Assembly: GCA_010093705.1 (NCBI GenBank)
Contig: MU006118.1
Coordinates: 78,859 to 117,255, forward strand
Direction: 5' to 3'
Origin: Patellaria atrata CBS 101060
Lineage: Eukaryota
DNA: 38,397 nucleotides
This document shows positions 22,992 to 35,672 of this stretch, one piece after another. Both the position numbers and the translations under genes were made by a program. The notes beneath the pieces are model-generated. The model saw only the letters and a program-made list of their open reading frames with translations. It had not been told where the DNA came from and searched no databases. How positions within the stretch are numbered: the stretch's first letter is position 1; each line of letters begins with the position of its first letter.

Positions 22992-23443
22992 CTATCTCCC
23001 ACCCGGACTTCCCTTCTCTAACAGCTCCTTCGCCTCGTTAATCTTCGTTGCCAAATACGGGGACCCGCCCCTGTCCGGATGATTCAATAACATGAGCTGC
23101 CGATGCCGTTTTCTAATCAATTCTTTCGTCGCGCCTCGTTCCCTATCATAACACCCCGTTAGTACATCTCCAAAAGGAAGACCAAGCTGATTTTCTGATT
23201 GGGTAGACTCACGAGATCTCCAAAATGAGTGCTGCTTCCCTTCGATTGATCCTTGGCTCAAACCCGCCTTTGTAGAAAGAACGGCCGAGGGCGCCGGCAG
23301 TGCCGCGAGAGCGTCTGTATGCGACGAGGCCTGCGCGACCCTGAAGTTTGTCAGTGATAGAGTCCGGAGCCACGGGTTGGGGAGATGTGTACGAAGAATG
23401 CGGCGGCGGCGACACCGATGCCTATCATTATGGGTGTAGCCAT
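22992..23443 (-). CDS. PAM18: Mitochondrial import motor J-protein Pam18/Tim14
   Basis: Three exons give [22 protein letters not shown]...[25 protein letters not shown]...[32 protein letters not shown] motif present. Confidence 0.95.
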
Positions 23444-23657
23444 CCTAATCTAGTCCGAGATGATGGTTTAGGAAACTGTGCGGGGGTATGAGCGTTTTGA
23501 TTTCGAATTGCGTGAAGTTGCCTCTCGGAAGTAGAGATGGAAATGATGTTCACAAACTCCGGAGATCAACCGAGCCTCCAACAAAATTTCTATCACCGCT
23601 TTCTCAATAAAGCTTCAGTTTCTTCGAAGCGTAACAGAGCGCCTCTCCACCTTCGAG

Positions 23658-24424
23658 ATGCGGATCGAAACCTGTCATTTTTGTTCGGCGCCCGTATACC
23701 CTAGCAAAGGTATGCTTAACCCTCCACCTCCACCATACTCACCTCCACCACCACACACACACACAAGTAAATCACCCCCGCTAACTCAGCTCTTTAGGTA
23801 TACAATTCGTCCGCAATGATGCTCGCGTCTTCCGCTTCTGCAAGTCGAAATGCCACAAAAATGTACTTTTCCCCGTCCGCCTTTCTCTTCGCGCCTTCTG
23901 TTTCCCATACTAACCCAGACCTCAAATAGTTCAAAATGAAGCGCAATCCCCGCAAGCTAGCCTGGACAAAGTCCTTCCGTCGGGCTCACGGCAAAGAAAT
24001 GACCGTCGACAGCACACTCGCATTTGCCGCGCGCCGCAATGTTCCCGTACGCTACAACCGTGATCTCGTCGCCACCACTCTTAAAGCCATGTCGCGGATC
24101 GAAGAGATCAGGCAGAAAAGAGAGAGACGATTCTACAAGGAACGAATGCGGGGAAATAAGGAACGACAGAGAGAGGCGGATCGGAAATTGGTGGAGGAGA
24201 ACCAGCATTTGTTACCACCGAGGGAGAGGAATAAGGTTGAGGAGGAGTGGGAGGGACTTGAGACGGAGAGGGTGGATAAAATGGTGGTAGTGGATGAGGA
24301 GGTGGAGGATGTGGAGGCGGAGGATATGGAGGCGGTTGAGAGGCCGAGGATGAAGGTTAAGACTAAGAGAAAGCAGAGGTTATTGGTTGGTGGTGGGGTG
24401 GAGAGGATGGATGTGGATGAATAA
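23658..24424 (+). CDS. RLP24: Ribosome biogenesis protein Rlp24 (eL24-like)
   Basis: Three exons give [82 protein letters not shown]. The four Cys and long tail distinguish Rlp24 from Rpl24. Confidence 0.95.
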
Positions 24425-24662
24425 GGTATGACACTGTGAAGAATGCGGATAGGGCGAGGCGTTTAGGAGTTCTTAAAGGGAAATCCTGGCACCAATGGTC
24501 TCATGACCATACATGATACCTTTAGCACTATTACATGGAATGGCAGGAAAATCACAGCAACTTGCAGAGCATACAAAGATTAAACTCAACTCCACATGCA
24601 TTACTCGATGCTAGCAGAGCCTATAACTCCTGACCCTATGCCATTTTGCCCACACCCGAAAT

Positions 24663-25466
24663 CTAGTAATCAGCAGCGCTGCTCTGAGGGAACTCAAAGT
24701 TCACACCCTTGCCGGTCAATCGCTTATACACCTCTGAGTAGGTGTCAAGTCTGTAATCCACACCACCACGCTCCTTCTCGTCAAGGACAATCTTCAACAC
24801 CTTGGAACCATCCTCCTTGGTGCGCACGCGCTTGCCAACAATCTCAACGGGGTAGACCAAGTCGTGGAGGATAGCGTCATGAACAGCAGTCAGTGTTCTT
24901 GATCGAGGGCGCTTCTGGGTCTGAGATGTGCGCGAGCGGTTTGAACGCTTGGGGCGGGGAAGAATACGGCGGGATGCTATGAAGAGGACGTGGCGGTCAG
25001 AGAACTTCTTCTCGAGCTCGCGGGTGAGCCTGGTCACTGTTAGAGGATATACTGTCGCAATTTGAAGAAGGCTAACTGACCGTTGCTGGATCTTGTGCCA
25101 GCCAGCAAGAATAGGGACAGGAACGAAAATCACAATAGCCTTCTTGCCATGGCCAACCTCGATCTATAAGAGTCCTGGTGTCAGCATCTTGTTTGCTGCC
25201 CAGTGCCCACCGCCTCTTCGGAATGTCGCCAAATACACGGTATAGCCCATGTTGGGAGTTGTGATAGAAGTCTAGGTCGGGACCCCTAGTGATATTCATC
25301 TTACCTCGCGGGCAGACACAAATTGGAGAGGCCTCAAGGAGCTTCGCATGTCTGGGATGTTTGTCTCGAGATCGTAGAGAGCATTGGCAATGTTGGTCTC
25401 GATCTCCGAAGGGTTGACCCTAGATGGACTGTTCGGCGCGATCTTGTTCAACGCTGGCGACGACAT
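24663..25466 (-). CDS. RPS7: 40S ribosomal protein S7 (eS7)
   Basis: Exons 25466-25305, 25163-25081 and 25029-24663 give ...[28 protein letters not shown]...[15 protein letters not shown]...[17 protein letters not shown]...[15 protein letters not shown]. Confidence 0.97.
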
Positions 25467-26049
25467 GGCTAGAGTTATCGATGGCGCTGGAAAGTCGTCA
25501 GGATTTGGCTGAAGCTCTCTCGAAGTTTTTGAGGTGGAGTTCTTCTCTTGAGATTCTCTGTGGGTTCTCGCTTATAGCATTGTTTTCAGCTAACCGTGTA
25601 TGGATTAGCCTCTTGGCATATATATATTCAGAGATGGTTAGATACAGCAGCAACCTTTCTGTTTCGAGAATAAGCTCAGTCTTTTAGAAACTTCAACTAC
25701 TGTATTATAGTTTCTTTTGAATTTAAGTCACTGTACTGCGTAGAAGGCCGTTTAGTTATCAGCTTCACGAACGTGGTGATGTTCGAATTGAACCGCTGGT
25801 TGAATTGACTCGCTTCAGAATATGCATACCAACTTTCTGTCTAAAAGGGGGGATCACATCATTTTACGCCGTTCTCAACTCTTCATCTCATACAGCATGG
25901 AACAGGCGAAACATGGGCTGACGCTCTATAATCCTTCGACAGCTTTAAGTCATTTTGGCGTCATTGTCCAGACCAATATCCTCACATCCCCCGATAGGAT
26001 AATAGCAATGCTACCAAAATGGACGTCGATTGTCCACTCTATAGTCCAC

Positions 26050-28314
26050 TCAATCCGACATTGCATCTGCAAAGTTTTGCGCTGCCGTTGTTGCATAGTA
26101 CCGAACATCAACATCATCGTCTTGCTGCAGCTTTTCAAGGTTAGGTAAGATTTGTGAGGTTATTAGCTCTTGGCCCTTTTGTGATCCTTGTGGTTTCTGC
26201 CCGGCCTTCTCAAGAGCGAGAATAGTGCCAGTCTCAGGTAGTCGTTTTAGTACATCGATAATGACCGAGTAGGATTTGGCCACATTGAAGCGAATGTTGG
26301 GGATATCGTCGTTTACGAGCTTGTCCATCATGGGAAGGATGGACAATTCGATTACGTCGAGGCTGAGCGCAGGCGCCAGAGTCTGCAAGGGAGAATCAGA
26401 AACATATAGACAGGATAATCTTGCATGTAACTTACGCTGACGGCGAAACACGTTGTCATTCGATAGAGATAGTTCGGGTGTTGGCCCATGGTCATGACTT
26501 TGGGCACGATTGCTTCATTCGCCCATTCCACGCCGAACACTTCGGTCAATTTCTTCAAGTTTTGAGTTGATGCTTCCCTGATAGAGAAGACTGTGTCACC
26601 CAACCAGGACATACACAAACTAGCAAGTTTTTCATCGAAGAACTTAACACCTAGCTGGCTTGCAAGAAGTGGAACGTATTCAATTATTGCGAGGCGGACA
26701 CGCCATTGCTTGTCTTCGGCCAACTGTACAATTGCTGGTAATAGAGACTGGGATAACATCTCAATTCCAATTACTGTGGGAAGTTAGTGAAAACATTATT
26801 AAGAATGGAGAGGAACGAGAGGTGTCTAACCGTTATTTACGAGCTCTAGTTTGGAAATTATGTTCAATCTAACATCTGCAAACTCGTCTTTGAGCATTGT
26901 TGTGAACATGGGAAGCAAATGCTCAACAGTTCTAATAACATCAGTGAGACTTCATCGTGGGAAAAAGTCTTGTTCTTACTCTTCTTTCCCAACTATTGGT
27001 GCCAGACCACTTATTTGGGTTCCAAGAGCTGCGCGCACATGCTGAGAGGAATCATTGACCAAATCTTCTATGCTTGGCAAGACCTCATGTAGGAGGGTTT
27101 CGCGCTCCAATAAAGCGCAGAAACCTTTTCACGTATTAGATTCTCACTCAAAATTGTACATATAGAGCACATACCAGGGATTTGTCCAGCAATGGCACTC
27201 CGAACCTCCGCCTCTGTATCCTTCAAGAGCTTCACAAAAGCAGGGACCAAGTCTCTACTTACAACCTCTTCGTCTACTGCTTTGGCGATCTAGCTCACAA
27301 AATGAGAATAAGTACTTTCACACCGGGTATAATCATACCTTTTCAAAGCGGTCTGCTACCATATACCGGACTCTCCAACTCTTATCTTCAAAGAGACTTC
27401 GAAGTGCAGTAAGCAGAACTCCGTGGCTTGACTGTTGCTCCTTTGGTACCACTTCTGCAATAGCGATGAGGATATCCACGGTCAGCAGTCTCACGCTATC
27501 TTGATCGTCGCTAGCTAGATGTTGGAAGAGTGGGATCATCTCTTCGATGACGATAGTCGCCGGCATAGCTTTCACAAACTTTGCGAGGTTGTTCGCCGCT
27601 TGTCTTCGTACCATTGGAGTATCATCATGAACGAGCCGCCCGAACGCTTTCCTTAAACCTTCTTGCGATGGAGGAGTTGCTCGTGCGTAAGGGATATTGT
27701 ATAAACCGGTTGCAGAAATTTTCGATGTGAACCAGTCTGCGCCTGAGAGACGGATGGTTAAAGGGATGAAATGCTCCTCGACTTGCTGTTGGGAGAGTTG
27801 TTCGCAAATCTTGTTTAGAGATTCAACAGCCTAGCTTCAATTAGATAATTGACTTTTTGAGAAGCGTAGCTTGATAGGTTTACCTTGTCCCTGACCAAGG
27901 GTTCCTCAATGGCAGCGAGGTTCTCAAGGGGAGAAAGAAGGACATGCCCGTACTCTGGACCACCGACATACTCTACGAAGTTACCTAGTTCCTCACTTAA
28001 CGCGGTTAAAACCTCGTCTTCGTCCTCTACGGACTCTGTTTACTCAATCAGCAACGGCAGCATGTATCATGTCTTTAGAAGGAAGGCGCACCATCAAGGA
28101 AGGGTATGAGCTCATCCCTTGTCCGCTCGGGCCCAAGAGCTAGAGCAATTGTAGAAAGTCGGTGGATAGCATTCAAACGTAGAAGAACATCATCGTGCTG
28201 TATTTGTCAATCAGTCTGAGGTTCACTGCGGTTCGGAAGCTCGTAGTCTACCTTGAGCTCATCGATCAAAACAGCAATTGGGTATAGTTCGTCGTTTTGA
28301 TTTTGACCTTCCAT
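26050..28314 (-). CDS. TPD3: Protein phosphatase 2A scaffold (A) subunit, HEAT repeats
   Basis: About nine exons. [104 protein letters not shown]. Confidence 0.97.
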
Positions 28315-28702
28315 ATCGGTGGGTATCTGACGTGGGGAGTTTTATGTGTTATTTATTACGATATCAAAGGTGGTGGGGTCTGTAAGGCGGGGTGTTGGAT
28401 TGCTTCAGTCGCTCGTCGTTTGTGATGTGAGGGCTCAAGGTTGAGGTGGTGACGCTGTGGGCAAGGCGGTAAATTTGATGCGCGCGGGAGAGAAGGTAGG
28501 ACCGAGCTCTGAAGACTGAAGGGGACCCCGCGAGTGTGATTTTAGATGGGTGGACTTCTCATAGGGATTCTATTAGGACGGTGGAACGGAGAGACGATTT
28601 GTGATATTTTGTGAACTTTTGAGGTTGTCTTTTTTCGGAAGCGTCGTTGTTAATAAGTCGCCAAAGGGCACAACAACCCGACTCTGAGGTGCTCTGGGCC
28701 CT

Positions 28703-28747
28703 TTCTTTAGGTACTTCCACCTTCGGTTCTTTAGGTACTTCCACCTT
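28703..28747 (+). repeat. Perfect 21-bp direct repeat (period 24) in the TPD3/FRS1 divergent intergenic region
   Basis: TTCTTTAGGTACTTCCACCTT at 28703-28723 and 28727-28747. Confidence 0.85.
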
Positions 28748-29121
28748 GTTCCTACCTTAAGAGATGAGGCGTCGAACAAGCCACTCCTGAGGCGGGGCAG
28801 TCATAACACCAGCCACATCCACGAGGAGACCATCACCTCAGGTGTCTTAATAAATATTGATGACTCTTAAGGCACAAGAACTGAAATATTCTCCAGGAAT
28901 ACCTCAATAGACATCTAGAACCCTAGATTCTTTACCTATCTCAATCATCTAAATGATTCTCAATTCCAGAATCTAAAACGGAAGACTCTTTTCCTTCCTA
29001 CAACCCCCCACCTTCGATCCTCACCAGAGCATAAGGCATAAGGTACCGTTCGCTACCTAAGGCATTCGCTGCAATCAACTTTCACTTGAGCCTCAAAAGA
29101 GGCGTATAGCCTCAATTAACA

Positions 29122-31333
29122 ATGCCCACCATTACCGTAAACAAATATGCCCTCTTCGAAGCCATTGGTAAAAAGTCAGGCTCTCAGTTGTCACGATCGG
29201 CTCCTTAGCAGAACCAGTAACTGAAGGTCTCCCGCAGGTACACCACAAAAGAGTTTGACGAGCTATGTTTCGACTTTGGTTAGCCAAACACCTTCTTATG
29301 AATGGGCTTTGCTGACAATGGATCGCACAAAGGTATCGAGCTGGACGAGGACGTATGTAAAAACCCAAACTGCCGGCATATATCCCCCAATACTAAGACA
29401 CCTTGTTAGACAGAAACAGAACCCCCGCAAGTGGTAGACGGGAAGCAAGTACCGCCAGAATTGAAAATAGAGATACCCGCAAACAGGTTAGAAGGAAGTA
29501 CGAGCAACCAGTGGCATCGCTAAGGCAGGGACAGATATGACATGCTCTGTTTTGAAGGAATTGCCCTTAATCTCAATATCTTCCTCGGACGGCAAATACT
29601 TCCAAACTTTAGAGTGATCGCTCCAGCCGGCGGAGCGCTTCAGACAATGGTAGTTAAGGAAGAGGTTCGTCAGATTTGGTCGGATGGGAGAGTAATCTTG
29701 CTAACTTCATCAAGACGACGCAAATCAGACCGTTAGTATCATGTGCTATATTGAGAAACGTCAAGTTCACGCCGGAACGATATGACTCTTTCATCGCGTT
29801 ACAAGACAAACTGCATATGAATCTAGCAAGGCAGAGGACCTTAGTTTCCATAGGAACCCATGACCTTGATACTATACAGGGCCCTTTCTCCTACGAGGCT
29901 CATCCCCCTAAGGACATCAAATTCACTCCTCTAAATCAGAAGAAGGAAATGACCGCGGAAGAACTTATGACCTTCTACGAGAAAGATAGACATTTAGGTC
30001 GCTATCTACATATCATTCGGGACTCCCCTGTTTATCCGGTAATATACGACGCAAACCGCACAGTTCTGTCCCTTCCGCCTATTATCAACGGTAATCACTC
30101 TAAAATCACACTCGATACCAAGAACGTCTTCATCGAAATTACCGCTCTCGATAAGACGAAAGTCGAAATTGTGAACCATATTATGGTCACTATGTTCTCC
30201 CTTTACTGCGAGGAACCTTTCACCGTCGAGCCGGTCAAGATCAAATCCCCACACAATCACGAAAGTCGCGAGACACCTAACCTAACTCCTCGGGAAATGC
30301 AAGCAGAAGTCGACTATCTAAACCAGGTCTGTGGCCTCGACCTTTCACCCGAAGAATTGAGCAAACTTTTAACTCGCATGTCCTACCACGCCGTACCTTC
30401 AAGATCCGATAAAAAGCTCCTCGACGTCAGTGTGCCAGCCACCAGAGCAGATGTCCTGCATCAAGCCGACATCATGGAAGACGTTGCTATCGCATATGGC
30501 TTCAACAAGCTCCCTCGGCATTACCCGAACAAGTCCGCCGCAGTCGCTGCACCCCTGATGATCAACAAGCTCGCTGATATCGTACGCCTGGAGGCTGCTA
30601 TGGCTGGCTGGATGGAGGTCATGCCACTCATTCTGTGCTCACATGACGAGAACTTCTCTTGGCTCAATAGAAAAGATGACGGCACACAAGCCATCCGTCT
30701 ACAGAATCCCAAGACAGCTGAATATCAGATCGTGCGCACAAGCCTGCTACCCGGACTGCTTAAAACGATTAGGGAGAATAAGCACCACGCTGTCCCCTTT
30801 AAGATCTTCGAGAGCAGCGATGTTGCCTTCAAGGACGAGAGTCGCGAGAGAAAAACGAGAAATGAGAGACACTTTGCTGCTGCATGGTATGGCAAGACGA
30901 GCGGCTTCGAGGTCGTGCACGGTTTGTTAGACCGGTTGATGTTAATGTTGAAGACGGCGTTCGTCACAAAGGAACAGGGGATCGGAGGTGAGAAGGGACT
31001 GGATGGTAAGGAGATCGACGGGTATTGGATCGAGGAGGTTGATGGTATGTTTCTGAGCCATCTAAATGTTGAAAGTGATGCTTGTTCAAACGAATATTAA
31101 TGTATATCACCACAGATCCTACCTTTTTCGCCGGCCACTCTGCGTCCATCCATGTCAGAATTGCAGGGAGGTCACAGGTAATCGGTATCTTCGGTATTTT
31201 GCACCCTACAGTACTGCAGAAGTTTGAACTCAGGTAAATAAACCACCTAGACCTTCTGTCCTCCACATATAGCTAACATCGCCCTAGCTACCCTGTCAGC
31301 GCGTTGGAGATCAATCTCGAGGTTTTCTTGTGA
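29122..31333 (+). CDS. FRS1: Cytoplasmic phenylalanyl-tRNA synthetase beta subunit
   Basis: About eight exons. MPTITVNK...YTTKEFDELCFDFGIELDED...LKIEIPANRYDMLCFEGI, FIALQDKLH.NL.R.RTLVSIGTHDLD, VLSLPPIIN, RADVLHQADIMEDVAIAYGFN, RTSLLPGLLKT, GIFGILHP, ending EINLEVFL*. Confidence 0.97.
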
Positions 31334-31625
31334 CCAAGAGGTTAAGATAAAAGCATTGTTTGTTGATTTGATCCATAGATATCTTCGTGAGTTTAGATCA
31401 TCACAATCATAAACGGGGTTACCGTGGACAAAACTCGCCTCTTCGGCCGTGTTCCATGCACTGAAGCTTCTTAACTCATTTGAATAACACAATCATCCGA
31501 ACCCGAAATGAGGGATATGAGGTTTCTCTTCCAAACATCCGAGACCCTTCTCCAACATCCCCCAAGCTTTCCTACCATCGTCCTTCCTACATGATCACTC
31601 CATCTTCTCTCCCCCCTTTACCCCT

Positions 31626-33878
31626 TTACTTCTCTACACACTCCACCCAGCCCGCCTTCATCCCATCCGCCTCCTCGCGTCTCCGCCTCAATGCCGCGCG
31701 GTTCCTACACTCCCTCTCCTCGACCTCAAGGCCTCGGATCCTTTCCGCAACCTCGGCTTCTTCGAAGCGCACGTCTTGCACCATGAGCTTTGGCCAAGTT
31801 TTATGTTTTTCGCACCGCTTTTTAGTGCACATCTTTGCTTCTTCCTGGCCCTCCACACCATCTATAGCATTCTCATAGAGGATCCCGTCTACTCCTTCTC
31901 TGGAGTTTGTGGTTGTTATGGTGCCTCCGTTCATCTGAGGTTCCAATGTGTTTTGCTTCAAAGCTAGATGACCTCGAGGTGAATCACGCCACGCCGCGAA
32001 TTCGTCCTCCGACCAGCTGAGCCTGGCATCAAACCCACAGAGGTCTTTCAGTTTTATACCCTCCCTCTCCGCATACCTTCCCGCTTGCTCCTTGACTAAA
32101 TGCACGAACTTCTCTCTATCCTTCAACAGTTGTTTGCGAGCGAGGAGTTCGGTGCGCAGGGCTTGTATGCGTGCAACCTGAGCTTGTTCGTTAGGAGTAA
32201 GAGACGGGTCGGTAGGTGTTGAGGAATCGTCGTTTGCGGTGTTGGCGTTCTCGGTGGAGGTGGTAGTGGTTGGAGGGAAGGACGATTTCTGTGGAGACAC
32301 AGTAGGAGGAGGAGATAGCACCCCATCACCAAGTTTGCGGAATGTCTCTATGGTATCAGATGCATTGAGGAGGTCTTTCAACTCTGGTGGGCGTAGAGCA
32401 CCGCCGCGGGGTCCAAGTTCGAGGTCCACGGTATCTGCCACATCTTCACCCCGAGAAGTTTCATTCTTCATAGTATCGGTCGTGATACTCTTTTTCTTGC
32501 CCCTCTTCACACCTCCCTCAGCATTCAGCATACCACCAGGCGCTTTAAGCTGTCCGGCCTTAAACTTGCCCTGAAAAAACATATACCCACACTCATCACT
32601 ACAATATTTACTTGGTGCGCCTCTAACCAACCTTGCTGGTTTCCTGCAACCTTCACGCCTACACATCGGTTTCCATGTCGTGTGGCCCCGTCCTCGGTGC
32701 TCGCAGTTAGGACAGATGTATTTATCCACCAGATCCTCATCCGCTTGTGAAACGTCGACGCATTTGCCATGGAACCAGTCATCGCAGCCGCCATCACAGG
32801 CGATCATCCAGGTATGGTCGTCTTTTCGGCGGCAGATGCAGTAGACTTGGTTGTCATCTTCGTCGTCTGATCCTTCGGATGGGGGAGGGGAGGCGGTATG
32901 GGCGATGGAGGGAGGAGCTGGGGAAGAAGCGACTGGAGTTGCGGAGGCGGATTTACCAGTTTTTGATTTAACGGCTTTGGGTGCTGCTGAAATGTGAGCT
33001 GAAATTAATATGGGGCGATTGTGGGTTGACGTACCGGAACTGTCGACCTCCAGTTTGCGCTTTTTGGCCGGTGGTTTCTTCGCCGTCGCTGTTCCCTTCT
33101 TCTTCCCCATACCTTGTGTTGGAGCAGGTCGTTTTTTTGAAGGCATTTCCGTTGTCGTTGTCGCATTCGATGCTTCAGTTGTAGGAGAGACAGTCTCTCG
33201 ACCTGCACGGAGACTGTGTTCGTTCTTAAGCGCGGCAACGGTTTTGAGCGTTGGCGATTCTAGTGGTGGATGCGAAGGTGTTCCCTCTCGCGGTGTCCCA
33301 GAAGGTTCATGTTTTATATGCGCCGGAGGTGACGCGACGGTTTGTTCACCAGAGTGCGCGTTGGCACCTTCACCATTCGCATACCCATTCACACTCTGTA
33401 TCGGCGCAAGGATAGGGGGTGGTGAAGTCCGACTCATCATCGACAACCTCCTCTGTTCTTCGGGTGACTTCGATCCGTGATGATAATGTTCGAGGGTCGG
33501 AGAAGTAGGATGGTCAACGGGCGGCGGTGGCTCGACAGGTTCAGGCATACTCTCATTCATATTTCTATAGGCAGTATGTGTCTCGTTGTATGTGTTCTGC
33601 GTATACTGATCGAAGGGTGTTCTCGGGGCATATTGTGCGGAGGTGATGTTCGTCGCGCCATTCGCGCCGCTCGCGTTTGCTAATGCGGTCAAAGCGCCAG
33701 CGGCTTCATAGGTTGTCGTTGCAGGATAGGTATCGAAGGAAGCATTGCGCGATACAGTGGTGGTCTGCACAGGCGCATGGTGCGATCCTGGGGACTGGAT
33801 AGTATGCGAAGGGGTCGACTGGTCATTCTCTGGTATGCTTGGTGTCGGATTTAACAGTTCTGAGAGCTTGAAAGACAT
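31626..33878 (-). CDS. SPP1: COMPASS/Set1C PHD-finger subunit Spp1 (Cps40)
   Basis: 750-aa intronless ORF from MSFKLSELLNP. PHD finger VYCICRR.DDHTWMIACDGGCDDWFHGKCV...YICPNC, followed by WKPMCRREGCRKPA...SKYCSDECG, LCGFDARL and C.KKRCEKH.TW. Confidence 0.9.
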   Translation of the reverse strand: MSFKLSELLNPTPSIPENDQSTPSHTIQSPGSHHAPVQTTTVSRNASFDTYPATTTYEAAGALTALANASGANGATNITSAQYAPRTPFDQYTQNTYNETHTAYRNMNESMPEPVEPPPPVDHPTSPTLEHYHHGSKSPEEQRRLSMMSRTSPPPILAPIQSVNGYANGEGANAHSGEQTVASPPAHIKHEPSGTPREGTPSHPPLESPTLKTVAALKNEHSLRAGRETVSPTTEASNATTTTEMPSKKRPAPTQGMGKKKGTATAKKPPAKKRKLEVDSSGTSTHNRPILISAHISAAPKAVKSKTGKSASATPVASSPAPPSIAHTASPPPSEGSDDEDDNQVYCICRRKDDHTWMIACDGGCDDWFHGKCVDVSQADEDLVDKYICPNCEHRGRGHTTWKPMCRREGCRKPARLVRGAPSKYCSDECGYMFFQGKFKAGQLKAPGGMLNAEGGVKRGKKKSITTDTMKNETSRGEDVADTVDLELGPRGGALRPPELKDLLNASDTIETFRKLGDGVLSPPPTVSPQKSSFPPTTTTSTENANTANDDSSTPTDPSLTPNEQAQVARIQALRTELLARKQLLKDREKFVHLVKEQAGRYAEREGIKLKDLCGFDARLSWSEDEFAAWRDSPRGHLALKQNTLEPQMNGGTITTTNSREGVDGILYENAIDGVEGQEEAKMCTKKRCEKHKTWPKLMVQDVRFEEAEVAERIRGLEVEERECRNRAALRRRREEADGMKAGWVECVEK

Positions 33879-34364
33879 TGTGGGTGATGTGAACAGGCAC
33901 AATTGTTTAACATGGAGAGCTACTGTATCAAGAGTACAAGACCGTAAAAAAATCAGATTGAAAATCAATCATTGTCGATGGCAAATTTTGCGTGAAGGGC
34001 ACAAAGGTAGAGAGGTGCCAATTCCGGCGGGATACAGTACTCGTACTGCATTGCATGACGAATATGTGGCCAAGACGTGGTAGTATCTAAATCACTTCAG
34101 GTTATCCATAGTCCTTCCATTATTACTTTACTAGTATCAAATACTTTGCGACTTTAAGTTGGACGGCATCTCTTCTGTTGTATGCCCGCCAACCAAAATT
34201 AATCGACTGCAAGCCAAAGGCGGGGGGAGCTGTGGTGTTGAAGTTCAGCAACTTTTACAGTACACATTCAGCCAGCAACTTATCACGCCGCTGTTCCTTT
34301 ACATGCTCGTGTGATTCCAGAACGACTCGTGCCATAGTGTAACTGGTCTTCCGTATACTTCGTC

Positions 34365-35484
34365 TCAATCATCATCGTCGACAGCATCCTTCCTTGGTCT
34401 TCCACGTCGAGCCTGTCCATTGCCGTTAGGTACACCGTTGGTTGTAGTACGCTCACTTAATCCCAGACTTCGCTCTATCCTCTTTTCCAGCTCTTCGTCT
34501 TCGTCCTTGCCCGCGCCATATACCGCTCTAACCATACCAGCTACACCCTCCTCACCTATTTCAACCTTACCCCGCGCCCCTACCCTCCATTCTACAAGCT
34601 CCTCCCCTCCCGACGAGTCCACAACCTTGAGCAGATAGTTTTCTTTAACCATACGTGCGAGCGTCTTCTCAGTCTTCTCGCCTAATACCGTGGTATCGTC
34701 GGCGTTCATCCGCGCGAGAAAGCGCTGTAACTTTGGATCTGCTAGGACCCCACCAGAAAGGGAAATGATAGATACTATGAAGCTATACAGTGCTACATAC
34801 TGGGCTTCAGTTGTAGACGTGGGTACTCTCGGTGGAGGTAAGATGGTGGGATCCTTGAATTTCGCCGGTAAACTGCTCGTTACAATCCAGGTGTTACTGC
34901 TTGTTTGCGCCTTTTCAACCTTTTGCGCCGCTGAGATATATCAGTCATTCGGTTAGAAAAGCGGCATAAAGAACAGTAGCCTTGTACCTCTTCGTTGCTG
35001 TGCTGTGACCTTTTCTTTGAGGGGTAACTCTGTCAATTGCATGCCAAAGACAGTCTGAAGCTGCAAGTTCGCCTCCTTGAATACCGTCTTGAATTGTCGA
35101 CTATTCGGTCCCAGGACTGCCGATCAATATGGTCAACAGCGACTCATTGAGATAATCAGGAGATTCAGCATATTCAACCTTTGGCCGATATATCCGCCCT
35201 CCTGATGGGTATCCGAGCATATTCGCAGGCCAATGCCAATCTGACCATCTTCTTTACAAGTTGATCTACATTGACATCTGTCTGTGTCTCTCCACCATCA
35301 CCGCCATAGTTGTCCGCATCAGACTCGGGCGATGCTCGTCTCTTTTGGGTTGCTGGAGGGGTCTCTGCTTCTGACGAGGATGCTTCTTCCTCTTGAGGTT
35401 CTAGCTAAAGGAAACTTATCAGGGTTTTGTTCCATCCAGAAGACTCAAACTTACCGCGCGACGTTTTCTATTTAAGATAGGCAT
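34365..35484 (-). CDS. NSE3: MAGE-domain protein, Smc5/6 complex subunit Nse3
   Basis: Four exons. DQLVKKMVRLALACEYARIPIRRADISAK|VLG...FK.VF..AN.QL..VFGMQLTELP, TWIVTSSLP, LYSFIVSIISLSGG, MVKENYL.K...EWRVGARGKVE: MAGE winged-helix signature. Confidence 0.88.
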
Positions 35485-35672
35485 TGTGATATCGAGTTTA
35501 TGGGGGAGATAAGGGGAGCAAAGATGCGGTAGACGCGTTTGACGCGCCGGGATACTGTAGGGCTGAGATTGAAAGTGTGGAGAAAGCCGAGCTTGAGCTT
35601 CCCACCTCAAACCTCCCGTCCCTCTCCTACACAATACAAAACAACAATTCATATCTCCGCAACAACACCACC

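Noticed and set aside
33879..33968. N-terminal extensions in the ORF track (SPP1; similarly SF3B5, AIM18 and the 17638 ORF)
   Set aside because: They start at near-cognate codons. Downstream ATGs with good context match family N-termini.
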